Below, one piece after another: positions 1-11,900 of a stretch of DNA of 64,000 nucleotides (positions are counted from its first letter, which is position 1; each line of letters begins with the position of its first letter). Source of the stretch: Pristiophorus japonicus (Eukaryota); NCBI RefSeq assembly GCF_044704955.1, contig NC_091977.1, positions 249,178,001 to 249,242,000 on the forward strand, read 5' to 3'. A program made the translations under genes and the position numbers. The notes beneath the pieces were generated by a model. That model ran no database searches. It was not told the DNA's origin and saw only the letters and a program-made list of their open reading frames with translations.

Positions 1-1699
1 GCGTGCCGTTGGTCACACCAGACTCGGGCGCATCACAGGCACAAGCTTTGCTTGAGCTTGGGCAGGTGATGCAGGGTTGCATAGAGTGGTGAGACAACGC
101 TCAAATGTCCTGTTCCCCGTTCAAGCAAACCAGTCAATGATGAGCTGCCGACATAAGGCTCTTGCAGCATCCACATCTCAATGATGGATTGTGGTGGTTG
201 TGGTAGGGGTTCCTTTCCAGGCTTCTCTTCCTCATCCTCCTGAGGTGGTCCTGCAATCCCCATTGGCAATGCCTGTCCCCTCATGATGGTTAAGTTATGT
301 AGCGTGCAGCACATGACAATGAACTCGGAGACCTGCGGGGGAGTATTGAAGGCTGGCTCCACAGCGGTCCAGACATCAGAAGCACTGCTTCAGCATGCCT
401 ATCGTCTGTTCAATGATGTTGCGGGTGGCTGCATGGCTGCCATTATAGTGCTGCTCGGCTTCTGTGGCAGGGGTTCCGGAGGGGGGTCATGAGCCAGGTG
501 GCCAGGCCATATCGTTTGTCCTCAATCAGCCAGCTCTGACCTTGTCTTTATTGGTGAAATATGAAAACATCATGTTTTCTCCCTGGATAGCGGGCATTGA
601 CTGAGAGAATGCGATGAATGTGATCGTAGACCAGCTGAACGTTTAATGAGTGGTATCCCTTTCTGTTTCGGAAGACCTCTGCATTCTGCGTTGGTGCTCG
701 CAGGGTGACATGCATACAGTCAGTGGCACCCTGAACCTTGGGGAAGCCAGCAAATCGTCCATCTTATTCTAGCTCTCCCTACACATTGGGAACTCGATGA
801 GGTCCATCCTGCGTGCATACAGTCCCCTTGTCACCTGGCAAGTGCAGCAATGTGTAGCATGCTGTGAGATGCAGCATATGTTCCCTGCTGTTACCTGGAA
901 GGAGCCAGAGGCATAGAAGGCAAGTGCCACAGTAATCTTCACCTCGATGGGCAGCGCATTCCTGGTGCCGCTGGTAAGCTGTAGGTCTGCCTGTAGGAGC
1001 TGGCATATCTCTGTCAGCACTTCTTTTCTGAAGCGCAGCCTTCGAACACACTGCGCATCAGAAATGTGTAGGTATGAGGGATGTTCCCTGTAAGCCCGTG
1101 GGGAGTAAGGCCCCCTCCCCAAATGTCTGCGACCTCTTTGATTCTGTTGTAAACCATGGACAATAAGCCTCCTTCTAGCTTGAAGCCGCCTGACAATAGC
1201 AACCAGCATAATTTGTTGCCGAACTAGCATTGCCCCCTTACTGACTCTCTTACTGACCTTGAAAACAAAGGGTTAAGTCACGTAAAAGTGCTGCTTTAAA
1301 GTGTGCCCTCACGGAACGTTCTGCGCGCAACCGGGGCAGTCACTGACAACTGCGATACAAGATTCTCCAGCCTCCCTTTAAATATGGCGCCAATTGCGCC
1401 TGCTGCACCCTAGGACCATCTGATTTTTTTGGTCGGGTCCTGGGACGGACGCAAAATCAGGCATAATGCCTAAAAGTTCCACCCGGGGCACTAGCACAGC
1501 TTTACACAATGATTGACATCATCCTGACGATCAAAATGGAGGATGGGGCGGGGGTAAGTGTTTGCGCCGCCGCAAAACCATCGCCGAAACTTCCAGCCGG
1601 TGGCTAAACCCTGGACGCCCTGTTTGAGGTCCAGAAACACCTTTTTCCGTCCCACTGAGATGCGAAACGTGGCACAAATTAGCAGAAAATCCAGCCCCC
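1..1699 (-). mobile_element. PIF/Harbinger DNA transposon remnant with disrupted HARBI1-like transposase
   Basis: ORFs 769-1230 (CVRRLRFRKE...ALAFYASGSFQ) and 33-362 (CCTLHNL); GGGGCTGGATTTT-type end at about 1699; other end outside window. Confidence 0.8.
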
Positions 1700-1733
1700 T
1701 GTGTTTAAGTTTGTAGTGGGGCTTGAAGTCATA

Positions 1734-2347
1734 GGGACCGAAATTGATGGCCTTACCGGCCACTGCCGCTGACATTCCTCTTGAAGTTGTGTGCCCAGTG
1801 CCACTTTCCATTTCGTGTGGAGCAGGAGGGAGGGGAGAACCGCCAGGATCCGCCCGCTGATGTCAGTGGATGGCCGAGTGGCACAACTGTCCTCCCACCC
1901 GCCGAGATGCCATATTGATGCGGGTATCGGCGTCAGAACGGAGAAGGACCGCTGGCTGGAGGCTGTTCTATCTCAGACAGTGAGTATATGAAGAGCTGAA
2001 AAAAAGGTTAGTAATCATTTTTAAAATGTTTTCTTTGCAGCGACTTACCTGGATGGGGTCTCAGATGTTTTTTTTGCTGATTTTCCTTTTCAGGTCTTCA
2101 ATCTTCCGTGGGCCCGACTCTATCGTTGGTGGCACATGGACGGCAAGTGCCTTTGCCACCGAGATTGGGTGCTCCCACCGGCTGCCACATAGATTGGCGG
2201 CATAAGTCCCTCCTTGGCCACCTGCCACCCTTTCAAGGACCTTTTTGACGAAAACCCTGCCCAAAGTACCGTCAGGTACCTCGGAGGCCATCGGCGGGCC
2301 TTTCGGCGGCATTTGGGCAGGTGGAGGCCTTCACCGATTTCGGCCCC
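1734..2347. mobile_element. Harbinger-type MITE
   Basis: TIRs GGGACCGAAATTG / CGATTTCGGCCCC; 3-bp ATA on both flanks. Confidence 0.75.
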
Positions 2348-2598
2348 ATAATTTCTAACTCAGGTGAAAACACTACCAACTGATGAAACCAAGTACGCAT
2401 TATACCAATCATATGGCTCCCAGGGTCGAATGTAGCAGTTTTGGCAACAGGTATGTATTCCTATTGTTCAATGAACGTGTCAGAAGATGCTGTTCTTTTT
2501 AGTTAGACAAATGGATTAGTAAGGTAGATACATACACAGATAATAACAATAATATAAAGATGAATTATGCATCAACATCTTCAAAGAATATTACTCAC

Positions 2599-2834
2599 TT
2601 TGAATTAAGCAGGATGCAAATGGCTTCCATGACAGTCGTAACTAGATCTGGAGGCTTGGTGAATACTCTGACTTCAGATATATCTGCTTTGTCCAATGAA
2701 TCGAGGGCTTTGTTTGCTGCATCCAAGGCAGGCATAGCTTCATCGAGATCTCGCTGAGCATCATCAGCTATAGCTTGGGTCTCTGCAGCTTTTGCCTTGG
2801 CTAAAGCTTCATCTTCCTGTACAACACTACGAAT
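2599..2834 (-). CDS. DNAH6: Dynein heavy chain exon, stalk CC1 into microtubule-binding domain ([10 protein letters not shown]...ILLNSK)
   Basis: attag acceptor, gtgagt donor; 236 bp; [37 protein letters not shown] read from the reverse complement; gene continues beyond both window edges. Confidence 0.92.
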
Positions 2835-2916
2835 CTAATACACGCAAAATGTTGGGTATAATAAATCTCACATCTATTTTTGAACATTATTCAGTTTAAA
2901 CATCAGCTGAATTATA

Positions 2917-3725
2917 AGAACATAATAGGAGCAAGAGTAGGCCACCTGGCCCCTCGAGCGGACTCAGCTCCACTTCCCTGCCCACTCCCCATAACCCTTT
3001 ATTCCCTGATCGCTCAAAAATCTGTCTATCTCCACCTTAAATATATTCAATGGCCCAGACTCCAGAGCTCTCTGGGGCAGAGAATTCCATAGATTTACAA
3101 CCCTCAGAGAAGAAATTCCTCCTCATCTCAGTTTTAAATGTGCGGTCCCTTATTCTGAGACTCTGTCCCCTAGTTTTAGTTTCCCCGATGAGCCCCCTCA
3201 TTATCTTATATGTTTCGATAAGATCACCTCTCATTCTTCTGAACTCCAATGTGTATAGGCCCAACATACCTATCTTCATAGGTCAACCTACTTATCTCCA
3301 GAATCAACCTGGTGAACCTTCTCTGAACAATGCAAGTATATCCTTCCTTAAATACGAAGCCCAAAACTGTATGCAGTACTCTAGGTGTGGCCTCACCAAT
3401 ACCCTGTACAGTTGTAGCAGGACTGCTCCGCTTTTATACTCTATCCCCCTTGCAATAAAGGCCAACATTTCATTTGCCTTCCTGATCACTTGCTATAACC
3501 TGCATACTAATCTTTTGTGTTTCATGCACCAGGACCCCCAGGTCCCACTGTACTGCAGCACTTCGCAATTTTTCTCCATTTGAATAATAACTTGCTCTTC
3601 AATTTTATCTGCCAAAGTGGATAACCTCACATTTTCCCACATTATACTCCATCTGCCAAATATTTGTTCACTCACTTAGCCTGTCTATATCCTTTTGCAG
3701 ATTTTTTGTGTCCTCCTCACAATTA
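2917..3725 (-). mobile_element. CR1 LINE 3' fragment
   Basis: RT C-terminal peptides (LVRPHLEYCIQFW, LEFRRMRGDLIE) and CR1 3' tail. Confidence 0.85.
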
Positions 3726-3748
3726 TCCTACATATAAGCTGCCATAAC

Positions 3749-3959
3749 TATTGAGTTTCTAACACAGATGAGACTGCACACAGGGAGGTTAAAGTAACAG
3801 TGACCTCAGTCTTTAATAAGACACTCCAGAGTGAGGAACAGGCCTTAGGGGCCGGCTTATATCCAGTGCTTCCAAGGGATGCTGGGATCCCTTGGGACTT
3901 CAGGGGATGAGCTCCCTGGTGGCGGAACATGGGAGTGCATGCTTTACAGATACACAACA
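3749..3959 (-). mobile_element. Solo LTR (Gypsy-type)
   Basis: TATTG...CAACA termini with perfect ATAAC 5-bp TSD; shares the GCTTATAT...CCCAAG...GGGATCC core with LTRs at 29083 and 34544. Confidence 0.8.
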
Positions 3960-4044
3960 ATAACTATGAAACATATCAGTTTCATAATCGACAACACATA
4001 TTAATAAAGGGGAATCTAGCTGTAAAAGAACTTTAAAATATATA

Positions 4045-5137
4045 GGGGCTGAAATTGGTCGACATGGCGCCCCCTACCGCCCACGTTCTGCCCAAAAATG
4101 TGATTTTGGTCAAAAAACATCGACATACCGCTCGGAAGATTATACATTATTGACATACTGCCGAGCGGTATGCACATTGTCCGCCATGTAGGACCACCCG
4201 CATACCGCCCAAAAAGTCCGTTTTTCATCGCATACCACCGGAGCTACATACCGTCCTGGAAAAGGTGGTTTTACATGATGGTAAGTGGGCGGGAATGGGT
4301 GGAGTGCACGGATCCGCCATTTTGGAAATCGAGAATTGTCAGCTAAAGCAGCAGCTCTGTATTTCTGAGGTGAACCGTGATTTTACTGTGCGATTTTGAT
4401 TAAAAACGGTATATTTACCATTTCTGAGCAACTTAAGATAGAAAGGCATTTAGTTGTATTTTTTAAGAATGGAGCCTGTTTATCTCAGCCTGTATTGCTG
4501 ACAACCTGTCTAATGGAGGAACCAGGAAGTTTATTCAGCATAGTTATAAGGGTAATGGAAGAGGTCGCAGAATGATGATGATGAGGAGGAGGAGGAGGAG
4601 GAGGTGGAGGCCCTACCTGCAAAGGATCTTCAGGGAGAAGTGTTTATACTTTGACCTGACCGATCGACAGTGTGTCCGAAGGCTGCGCTTCCGAAAATAG
4701 GTCATCACTGAGATTTGCCTGCTCATTAAAGCAGACCTGCAGCCTAGTACCAGCAACATTACTGCACTCTCTGTCGAGATGAAGGTGACTGCGGCACTTT
4801 CCTTTTATGCATGTGGGTCTTTTCAGGCATCAGCTCGGGATATATGCTCTATTTCTCAGGGCACTACTCATCGGTGCATTCAACTGGTAACCAAAGCACT
4901 GTATGCACGCCGGATGGAATTTTTAAACTTCTCAGTGACCAGGGAGGCAGAGAGTGACAGGGCTTTGAGATTTGCACGCATTGCCGGCTTCCCCAAGGTG
5001 CAGGGTGCTATTGACTGTACCCATATTGCCCTGCAAGCACCATTACAGGAGGCGGAGGTGTACCAAAACCGAAAGGGATTTCACTCCTTCAACGTGCAGC
5101 TCGTATGCGACCATACACAGCGGATAATGGCAGTAAA
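4045..5137 (+). mobile_element. Harbinger element: left TIR plus transposase, cut by assembly gap
   Basis: GGGGCTGAAATTGG start; ORF 4779 with GFPKVQGAIDCTHI and NRKGFHSFNVQLVCD. Confidence 0.85.
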
Positions 5138-5271
5138 NNNNNNNNNNNNNNNNNNNNNNNNNNNNNNNNNNNNNNNNNNNNNNNNNNNNNNNNNNNNNNN
5201 NNNNNNNNNNNNNNNNNNNNNNNNNNNNNNNNNNNNNNNNNNNNNNNNNNNNNNNNNNNNNNNNNNNNNNN
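5138..5271. other. Assembly gap (134 N)
   Basis: Run of N. Confidence 1.
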
Positions 5272-5997
5272 CTGTTAGGTGATATAATGTATGTAGTGCG
5301 GCTTTGACAGAACATTGAATGGTTGAAGGTAGTTATTTATGTAGTATGCACAAAAGTACATCTGAAAAGCTGGTGTTAAAAGACTGTAGCTACCATTTCT
5401 TCCTTTTGTGTCTGGAAGACTGTTGTACAGGTTTTCTTTTTAGTTGCTTAGGGTGTATATTTCTTTTAGGTCGGAGCCGTTCTGCTCCACAGCAGAATCT
5501 AGGAAAGGTCAGATCAGAGAAGGCAGCAAATTAGGGGAGGGCAGGGTTTGGGTTAGGGGTCAGTATATTGAGAGAGGGGGGGTGGTGGGGGGGGGGCGAG
5601 AAATAAAAGCGGCTGAGTTCAGCAGCAGATGAAACTGTCTGGGATGGGAACAACATATGGGGAGTCCTGGGGTTGGGAGCAGTATATGATGAATTAGATC
5701 ATGGCATTCATGGATCACACTTTGATGTGGAGAAAAAAGGTAAACTGGCGGAGCAGAGTGTCTGCCTTTTATAGAACTTGTCTGATTTTCTTTCCATACA
5801 GTTGAGGCAGTGAAAATGAAAATCTATTTCATCATGACATACCAGTAAAAGGCAGATGTGTTAATTGGCTACTTCCCAATAGTCTGGCTAGCTACAATTG
5901 ATTTGGAGAGCAGTTTCAGACAACCATGAGGAGAAAAGAAGTTTAAAGAAGCAGTAACATTATTGTGTGATCTCTAGATTCTTAGGTAATCTGTAGA

Positions 5998-7500
5998 TGT
6001 CAGTCTTGGCTCAGTGGTCGCACTCTCACCTCTCAAGTTATGGGTTCAAGTACCACTTTAAATACTTGAGCACATAATCTAGGTTGACATTTCAATACAG
6101 TCTATGGGGTCAAGTTTCGGGCCACGCCTCGAACGGTGCAGCACCGCAAGCCACGCCTGATTTCCACGCTCAATACCGCGCCTAAAACTTACCCTGGTAT
6201 TCACCCCGCTGCTGGAACGTTCCAGGCCCTTGGCGCAGCGTAGCACAAGCTGTGGGGGGGGGCGGAGCCAGGTACCAGCGCTGAAAACAGTGCCGGGACC
6301 TCTGCACATGCGCGCTAGAGTGTGCACGCATGTGCAGTAGCTCCAAGCTGCCAAGGCTGCGTGGGAGGGGCCCAAAGCACGCCGCCCCTAGCCCTGGCCG
6401 AATGGGCTCACTGGGACGGCAAAGATCGGACTCAAGCCTCCCTCCTCTTCATCGCTTCATCTTCAGCTCCTGCTCCGACTTTCCCCCTGTTCAGGTCCGC
6501 TGCCTGTCTCTCCCCCAGCCCCGTTCAGCTCCCGCTCCGGCTCCCCCCACCCCCATCCCGTTCAGCCGTTCCCTCTCCCTCCACGTCCTCAGCGGGGCCC
6601 GCCCGGCCAGCATCTTGCCGGGGGCGGCCCCACCCGAAGTCTTCGGCCCGGCTTCCTCTCATTGGCCGGGCCTGTTCAGCCACCCCCCCTCCCTCTCCCC
6701 TCTTCTTCACCTCTCCCTCCCTCTCCTCTCCCCCTCTCCCTCCCTCTCCTCCTCTCCGAAACACAGAGAGACACTACCAGAGAGAGAGAGAGAGAGAGAG
6801 AGACACTGACAGACAGAGAGACAGACACACTGGGGGGCGGGGGGGGGGTCCCATCCCAGCACACTGTTGGAGGGCTCCTGTTGCTGCAGTCGGTGAGTAG
6901 AAACTTAATTTTTTATTTATTGATTTTTTTATATATTTTTTTTTTGATTGATTTATTGGTTGATTTATTGATTTATTTATCATTTATTAATGATGATGGC
7001 TCTTTATTTGTAAAAGTGGTGTTTCCTGTTTTTAAACTTCCCTTCTCCCCACCCCCCTCCCAATCTCTTGTTCCTTACGCCTGATTTCTAAGCGTAGGCA
7101 AGGTTTTTCTGAGCGTACAAAAATCTACACTTACTCCATTCTAAGTTAGTTTGGAGTAAGTTTTCGCTGCCTAAACTTGCAAAACAGGCGTAAGTGGCCG
7201 CTTTTGAAAAAAAAATCTGTTCTAAAATGAAACTGTTCCAACTCACTAGAACTGGAGCAAACTAAATGCCGAGAATTGCAATTTCTAAGATACTCCACTC
7301 TAAGCTAGTTGCTCCAAAAAAATAGGAGCAACTCAGGCCGAAACTTGACCCCTAAGAGAGTACTGTACTGTTAGAGGTGCCACCATGATGAGATGTTAAA
7401 CCAATGCCCCAACTGCCCTGGAAGTAAAAGATCCTATATGACACTAATCGAAGAAGAGCAGCAGAGTTCTCCCCCTGTGTCCTGGCCAAAAGTTATCCCC
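5998..7500 (+). mobile_element. tRNA-derived SINE (HE1/V-SINE-like), split by a MITE
   Basis: A box TGGCTCAGTGG, B box GGTTCAAGT; body resumes at 7353; homologous to the reverse complement of 27280-27563. Confidence 0.7.
6106..7352 (+). mobile_element. Harbinger-type MITE, family A
   Basis: TIR GGGGTCAAGTTTCGG / CCGAAACTTGACCCC; arms homologous to 45291-46474 and 61582-63588; internal CT- and AG-rich tracts. Confidence 0.8.
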
Positions 7501-7900
7501 AGGATGCATTTATTTGTAACACCTAAAGCTCTGATTGGGCCCCCTTGATGACAAGTCCTTATTGCTGATTGGTCCCCATGGAGGATAAGACACACACAGC
7601 AGTTTATTTTTGCAAAGTGTAATTCAAGCCATTCTGACTGCCGACTCCAGACAGATCAGAGCTCACTTAGAACAGACAGGGCTCACTCTCACGGGTTGCG
7701 ACTGTCATGTATTCTACTGTCATTGTAATCCATGAATAAACTGACCGAAGCTGTATACCGTGAGAACACTGACCACTAGATGGCGAACTTGTGGGAGACA
7801 CTCCTAACCTGGACTTTCAGGTATAAAAGGAGAAGCTCCACCCACCTTCATCACTTCAGTGCTGGAATAAAGGTTACTGGTCACAGAGTGACCTTCTCTC

Positions 7901-8060
7901 AACTGTCACAGGATGGGAGAGTGGAGAGCACCAGTTCCAACTGTCACAGGACTAGAGAGTGGAGAGCACCAGTTCAAACTGTCGCAGGAGAGAGTGGAGA
8001 GCACCAGTTCCAACTGTCACAGGAGAGAGTGGAGAGCACCAGTTCAAACTGTCACAGGAG
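7901..8060 (+). repeat. 35-38 bp tandem repeat AACTGTCACAGGA(nnn)GAGAGTGGAGAGCACCAGTTC(C/A), 4 full units plus a partial
   Basis: Directly visible; 2 full units plus a partial in copy 2 (about 42515-42609). Confidence 0.95.
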
Positions 8061-8910
8061 CATCCAGTCGTGCCCCGGTAACTGCCCCCAAAGGAAGTGG
8101 AGTGTGGGAAATTGCACTCCGCTTCCATTGAGGGGTGGTAAGGCCAATTCTGCGGCGGGAGCAGGACTTCCACGATGGGGGCTAAAATTCCCTGCCCCAG
8201 AAGGTTACCGCCTCCAAGATGGGAGCCTGTGCGGGGAGGCAGAGGGAAGTTGAGGGGAGACGGGGGGGGGGGGGGGGAAGTAGTGGAGGTGGGGGGTGGG
8301 GGGCGGAGAAACCCAGGACGGGGGACAGGAGGGGCCACATTGCAGCGGAGGTCTGGGGGGGGCGACGTGTGTTGGGGGCTCTGTGCCTCGGTGCGGGGAA
8401 TGTTCAGAGTGGGGTGGACGGGTTGACTGTGCAGATGGTGGTTGGTGAATGTGGTGTGGTTGGTGTCGCGGGGGCGTGGCTCCGGGATGGCCGGGGCTGG
8501 GGGCTCGACATCCGGGGGTGTTTGGCAATTGGGAAGGATTCTGACGGGACGGGGTGGATTGGGTGCGGGGGGAGTGTTCCCGGTGTTGGGTGGGTCCGGA
8601 GCCGGTGGGGGGGGCCACGCTCTTGGGATGGGGGGTGGGCTGTTGGGGCTGGGATAGTGAGAGACTTCTTCACTCAGGGAGTTGTTGGCCTGTGGGGTTC
8701 CCTGCCGCGGAGAGTTGTTGATGCCAGTTCATTGGATGTGTTCGGGAGGGAGTTGAATGTGGTCCATGCGGCTGGGGGTGTCGGGGGATGTGGAGGGGGC
8801 GTGGGGGGGAAGGTGCTGGGGTGGGTGATCAGCCATGATCTTGTTGAATGGCGGTGCAGGCTCGAAGGGCCAAATGGCCTACTCCTGCACCTATTTTCTA
8901 TGTTTCTATG
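7903..8910 (+). mobile_element. Composite non-autonomous retroelement: VNTR + MITE-like segment + internally deleted, A->G hypermutated CR1 (copy 1, inserted in Gypsy 5' LTR)
   Basis: Absent from the 3' LTR; ends in CR1 tail CTATTTTCTATGTTTCTATG; aligns to in-window CR1 copies with mostly A->G changes; second copy at 41679-42609. Confidence 0.85.
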
Positions 8911-11900
8911 GGCCTCGTGTGCATGTATACTGTATAGTAAGGACACATTATTGGCGACGAGAAACTTGGATTTGAACCACGCGAGCATGGCAACTAGCAG
9001 TACAGACGAGAGGTACTGTGTTGGTGATGACTGGGACGATTTTATTGAGAGACTACAACAAAGTTTCGTCACGAAGGAATGGCTGGGACAGGATTCGGCC
9101 GACAAACGCAGGGCTCATCTCCTGACGGTTTGTGGATTCAGGACATACTCCCTGATGAAGAACCTTCTAGCGCCAGAGAAGCTGACAGACAAGACTTTTG
9201 AAGAGCTCAGTAAGTTGATCGGGGAACACTTTAAACTGGCGAGCAGCATGTACATGGCGAGACATCGGTTTTACACACACCGGCGGCGAGAAGGGCAAAG
9301 CGTTCCAGACTTCGTGGCAGACCTCCGGCGACTGGCGAGCCTATGTAAGTTTCCAGATGCATGCAGAGCGGAGATTCTGCGAGACTTCTTTATTGAGGGC
9401 ATTGGGCAGGCTGGGGTTTTCAGGAAACTGATTGAGACCAAAGACTTGACCCTGGAAACGGCGGCTTTGATGACCCAGACATTTATTTCAGGGGAGGAAG
9501 AGACCAGAATGATGTTTGACAAAAATCTTGGTTTAAATGCAGCAAATGGACAGGGAGTCAACATTGTTAACGCGGCACACAGTTCTCCAGGCAGACAGGG
9601 GCAATCAGATATGCCCGAGCATGTAGTCGAACCCAAAGGGGGAATTCAAGAGACAATGGCTAGCTGAACAGCGATTCATGCCATCGCAAGGGACAATGCG
9701 GCCAGTAATGGAGCCATCAACACCTGTCAATGATGCACTAAAGGACAGTTACAGAGACAGTCAGAGATGATCGACTGGTGATGGACCTTTTGTTTCCAAC
9801 AATGGCTCATGTTGGAGGTGTGGAGGCAAACACAAAGCCAGAGCTTGCAGGTATCAGCAATATACCTGCAGAAACTGCAACATCAGCGGTCACTTGGCGC
9901 ATATGTGCAGGAAGCCTACTGCCAGGTTGATGTACGAGGAGGACGGGGATGATGTAAGCCCTACGACGCCAAATGGACACTGGGGGAAATCGTTGGAAGC
10001 TGAAGTTCAGTGAGTTCATACACCAGGATGCCACCGATAATGATGAAAGTGCTCCTCAATGGCATCCCAGTATCAATGGAGCTAGACACGGGGGCCAGCC
10101 TGTCCCTGATGAGTATCAAACATTTCGACAAGTTGTGGGCGTCCAAGGCCAGGAGGCCAAAATTATTGCCAATTGACGCACAGCTACAGACATATGCAAA
10201 GGAAATAATTCCAGTGCTCAGCAGCGCCACGGTAGTCGTGACCCACAAAGATTCGGAGAACAGATTGCCATTCTGGATTGTCCCGGGGGACGGTCCTGCA
10301 CTGCTGCGGAGGAGTTGGCTGTCTGTCATCAACTGGAAATGGGGCAATGTCAATGCAATTTCTTCTGTGGAGCGAGCATCGTGCTCACAGGTCCTGGACA
10401 AATTTGACTCACTATTTCAACCCGGCATTGGCACTTTCATGGGGACTGAGGTAATGATTCACATAAACCCGGACGCCAGGCCAGTGCATCACAAGGCCAG
10501 AGCGGTGCTGTATGTGATGCGGGAAAAGATAGAAGGCGAATTGGACCGCCTGCTGAGGGAAGGCATCATCTCGCCAGTCGAATTTAGTGACTGGGTGAAC
10601 CCGATCGTACCGGTGCTGAAGGCGGGGATGAGTCGGTCAGGATATGTGGTGATTACAAGGCCACCATCAATCGGGTGTCACTCCAGGACCAGTACTCACT
10701 ACCGAGAGCGGAGGACCTCTTTGCGATGCTATCCGGTGGCAAACTTTTTTCAAAATTGGACTTGACCTCAGCTTACATGACCCAGGAGCTGGCGATTGAG
10801 TCGAAGAAGCTGACCACCATCACGACACACAAGGGGTTGTTTGAGTACAACAGATGTCCGTTTGGAATTCACTCAGCCGCCGCGATTTTTCAACGAAATA
10901 TGGAAAGCCTCCTCAAGTCGATTCCAAGGACGGTGGTTTTTCAAGACAACATCCTCATCACGGGTTGTGATACTGAAGAACACCTCCGCAACCTGGAGGA
11001 GGTGCTACGCAGACTGGACCGGGTAGGTGTGCGACTGAAAAAGGTGAAGTGCATCTTCCTAGCTCCAGAGGTAGAATTCCTGGGGATGAGGGTAGCAGCA
11101 AACGGGATCAGACCTACTGCGTCCAAAACAGAAGCGATCCAGAGAGCACCCAGACCCTGTAACACGACGGAGCTGCATGCGTTCCTGAGGCTCCTGAACT
11201 ATTTTGGTAACTTTCTTCCCAAATTGAGCAGCTGTTAGAGCCACTACAAGCACTCCTACGCAAAGGTCGCGAATGGGTCTGGGGGGGCAGCCAGGAAAGG
11301 GCTTTTGATAGAGCACAAAATTTGTTCTGCTCCAACAATCTGTTAACACAATATGCCCCATGTAAGAAACTTGTTTTAACGTGTGACGCGTCGTCCTATG
11401 GGGTCGGGTGTGTGTTGCAGCATGTTAATGCCAAGGGTCAGTTACAGCCTGTAGCTTATGCCTCCAGAAGTCTGTCCCAGGCAGAATGGGGCTACGGGAT
11501 GGTAGAAAAGGAAGCGCTTGCATGTGTATATGCTGTAAAAAAAAAAAATGCACCAGTACCCGTTTGGCAGGAAATTTGAGCTGGAGACAGATCACAAACC
11601 CCCAACGTCCCTTTTGGCCGACAACAAGGCCATAAATGCAAATGCAAATGCATCGGCCCGCACACAGAGGTGGGCACTCATGTTAGCCACCTATGACTAT
11701 ACAATTCGGCACAGGCTGGGCACTGAAAACTGCACCAATGCACTCAGCAGGCTCCCACTAGCCACCACCGAGGGAGCAACCGAGCATGCTGCTGAGATGG
11801 TCATGGCTGTTGAAGCTTTCAAAAGCGAAGGCTCACCCGTGACAGCCCGTCAGATTAAAGTCTGAACAAATAAAGACCCGCTACTGTCTTTAGTCAAGAA

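Noticed and set aside
2560-2757. Plus-strand 65-aa ORF
   Set aside because: Antisense shadow of the DNAH6 exon at 2599-2834
4779-5137. Domesticated HARBI1 host gene
   Set aside because: Upstream in-frame stop, a TIR, and several decayed paralogues nearby indicate a transposon copy; the rest is hidden by the gap
5998-6060. tRNA gene
   Set aside because: Only A/B boxes heading a SINE body; no full cloverleaf evident
7901-8060. CRISPR-like 35-38 bp repeats
   Set aside because: Head-to-tail units without unique spacers, no cas genes, vertebrate intron
8205-8673. Pro/His-rich ORFs antisense to the G-rich insert (and 41761-42394)
   Set aside because: By-product of the extreme G/C skew of the hypermutated CR1
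8218-8830. APOBEC editing or GC-biased gene conversion as the cause of G-richness
   Set aside because: Polarity is A->G on the sense strand (APOBEC gives G->A), and the counted 80-nt block has no T->C changes as symmetric GC bias would predict
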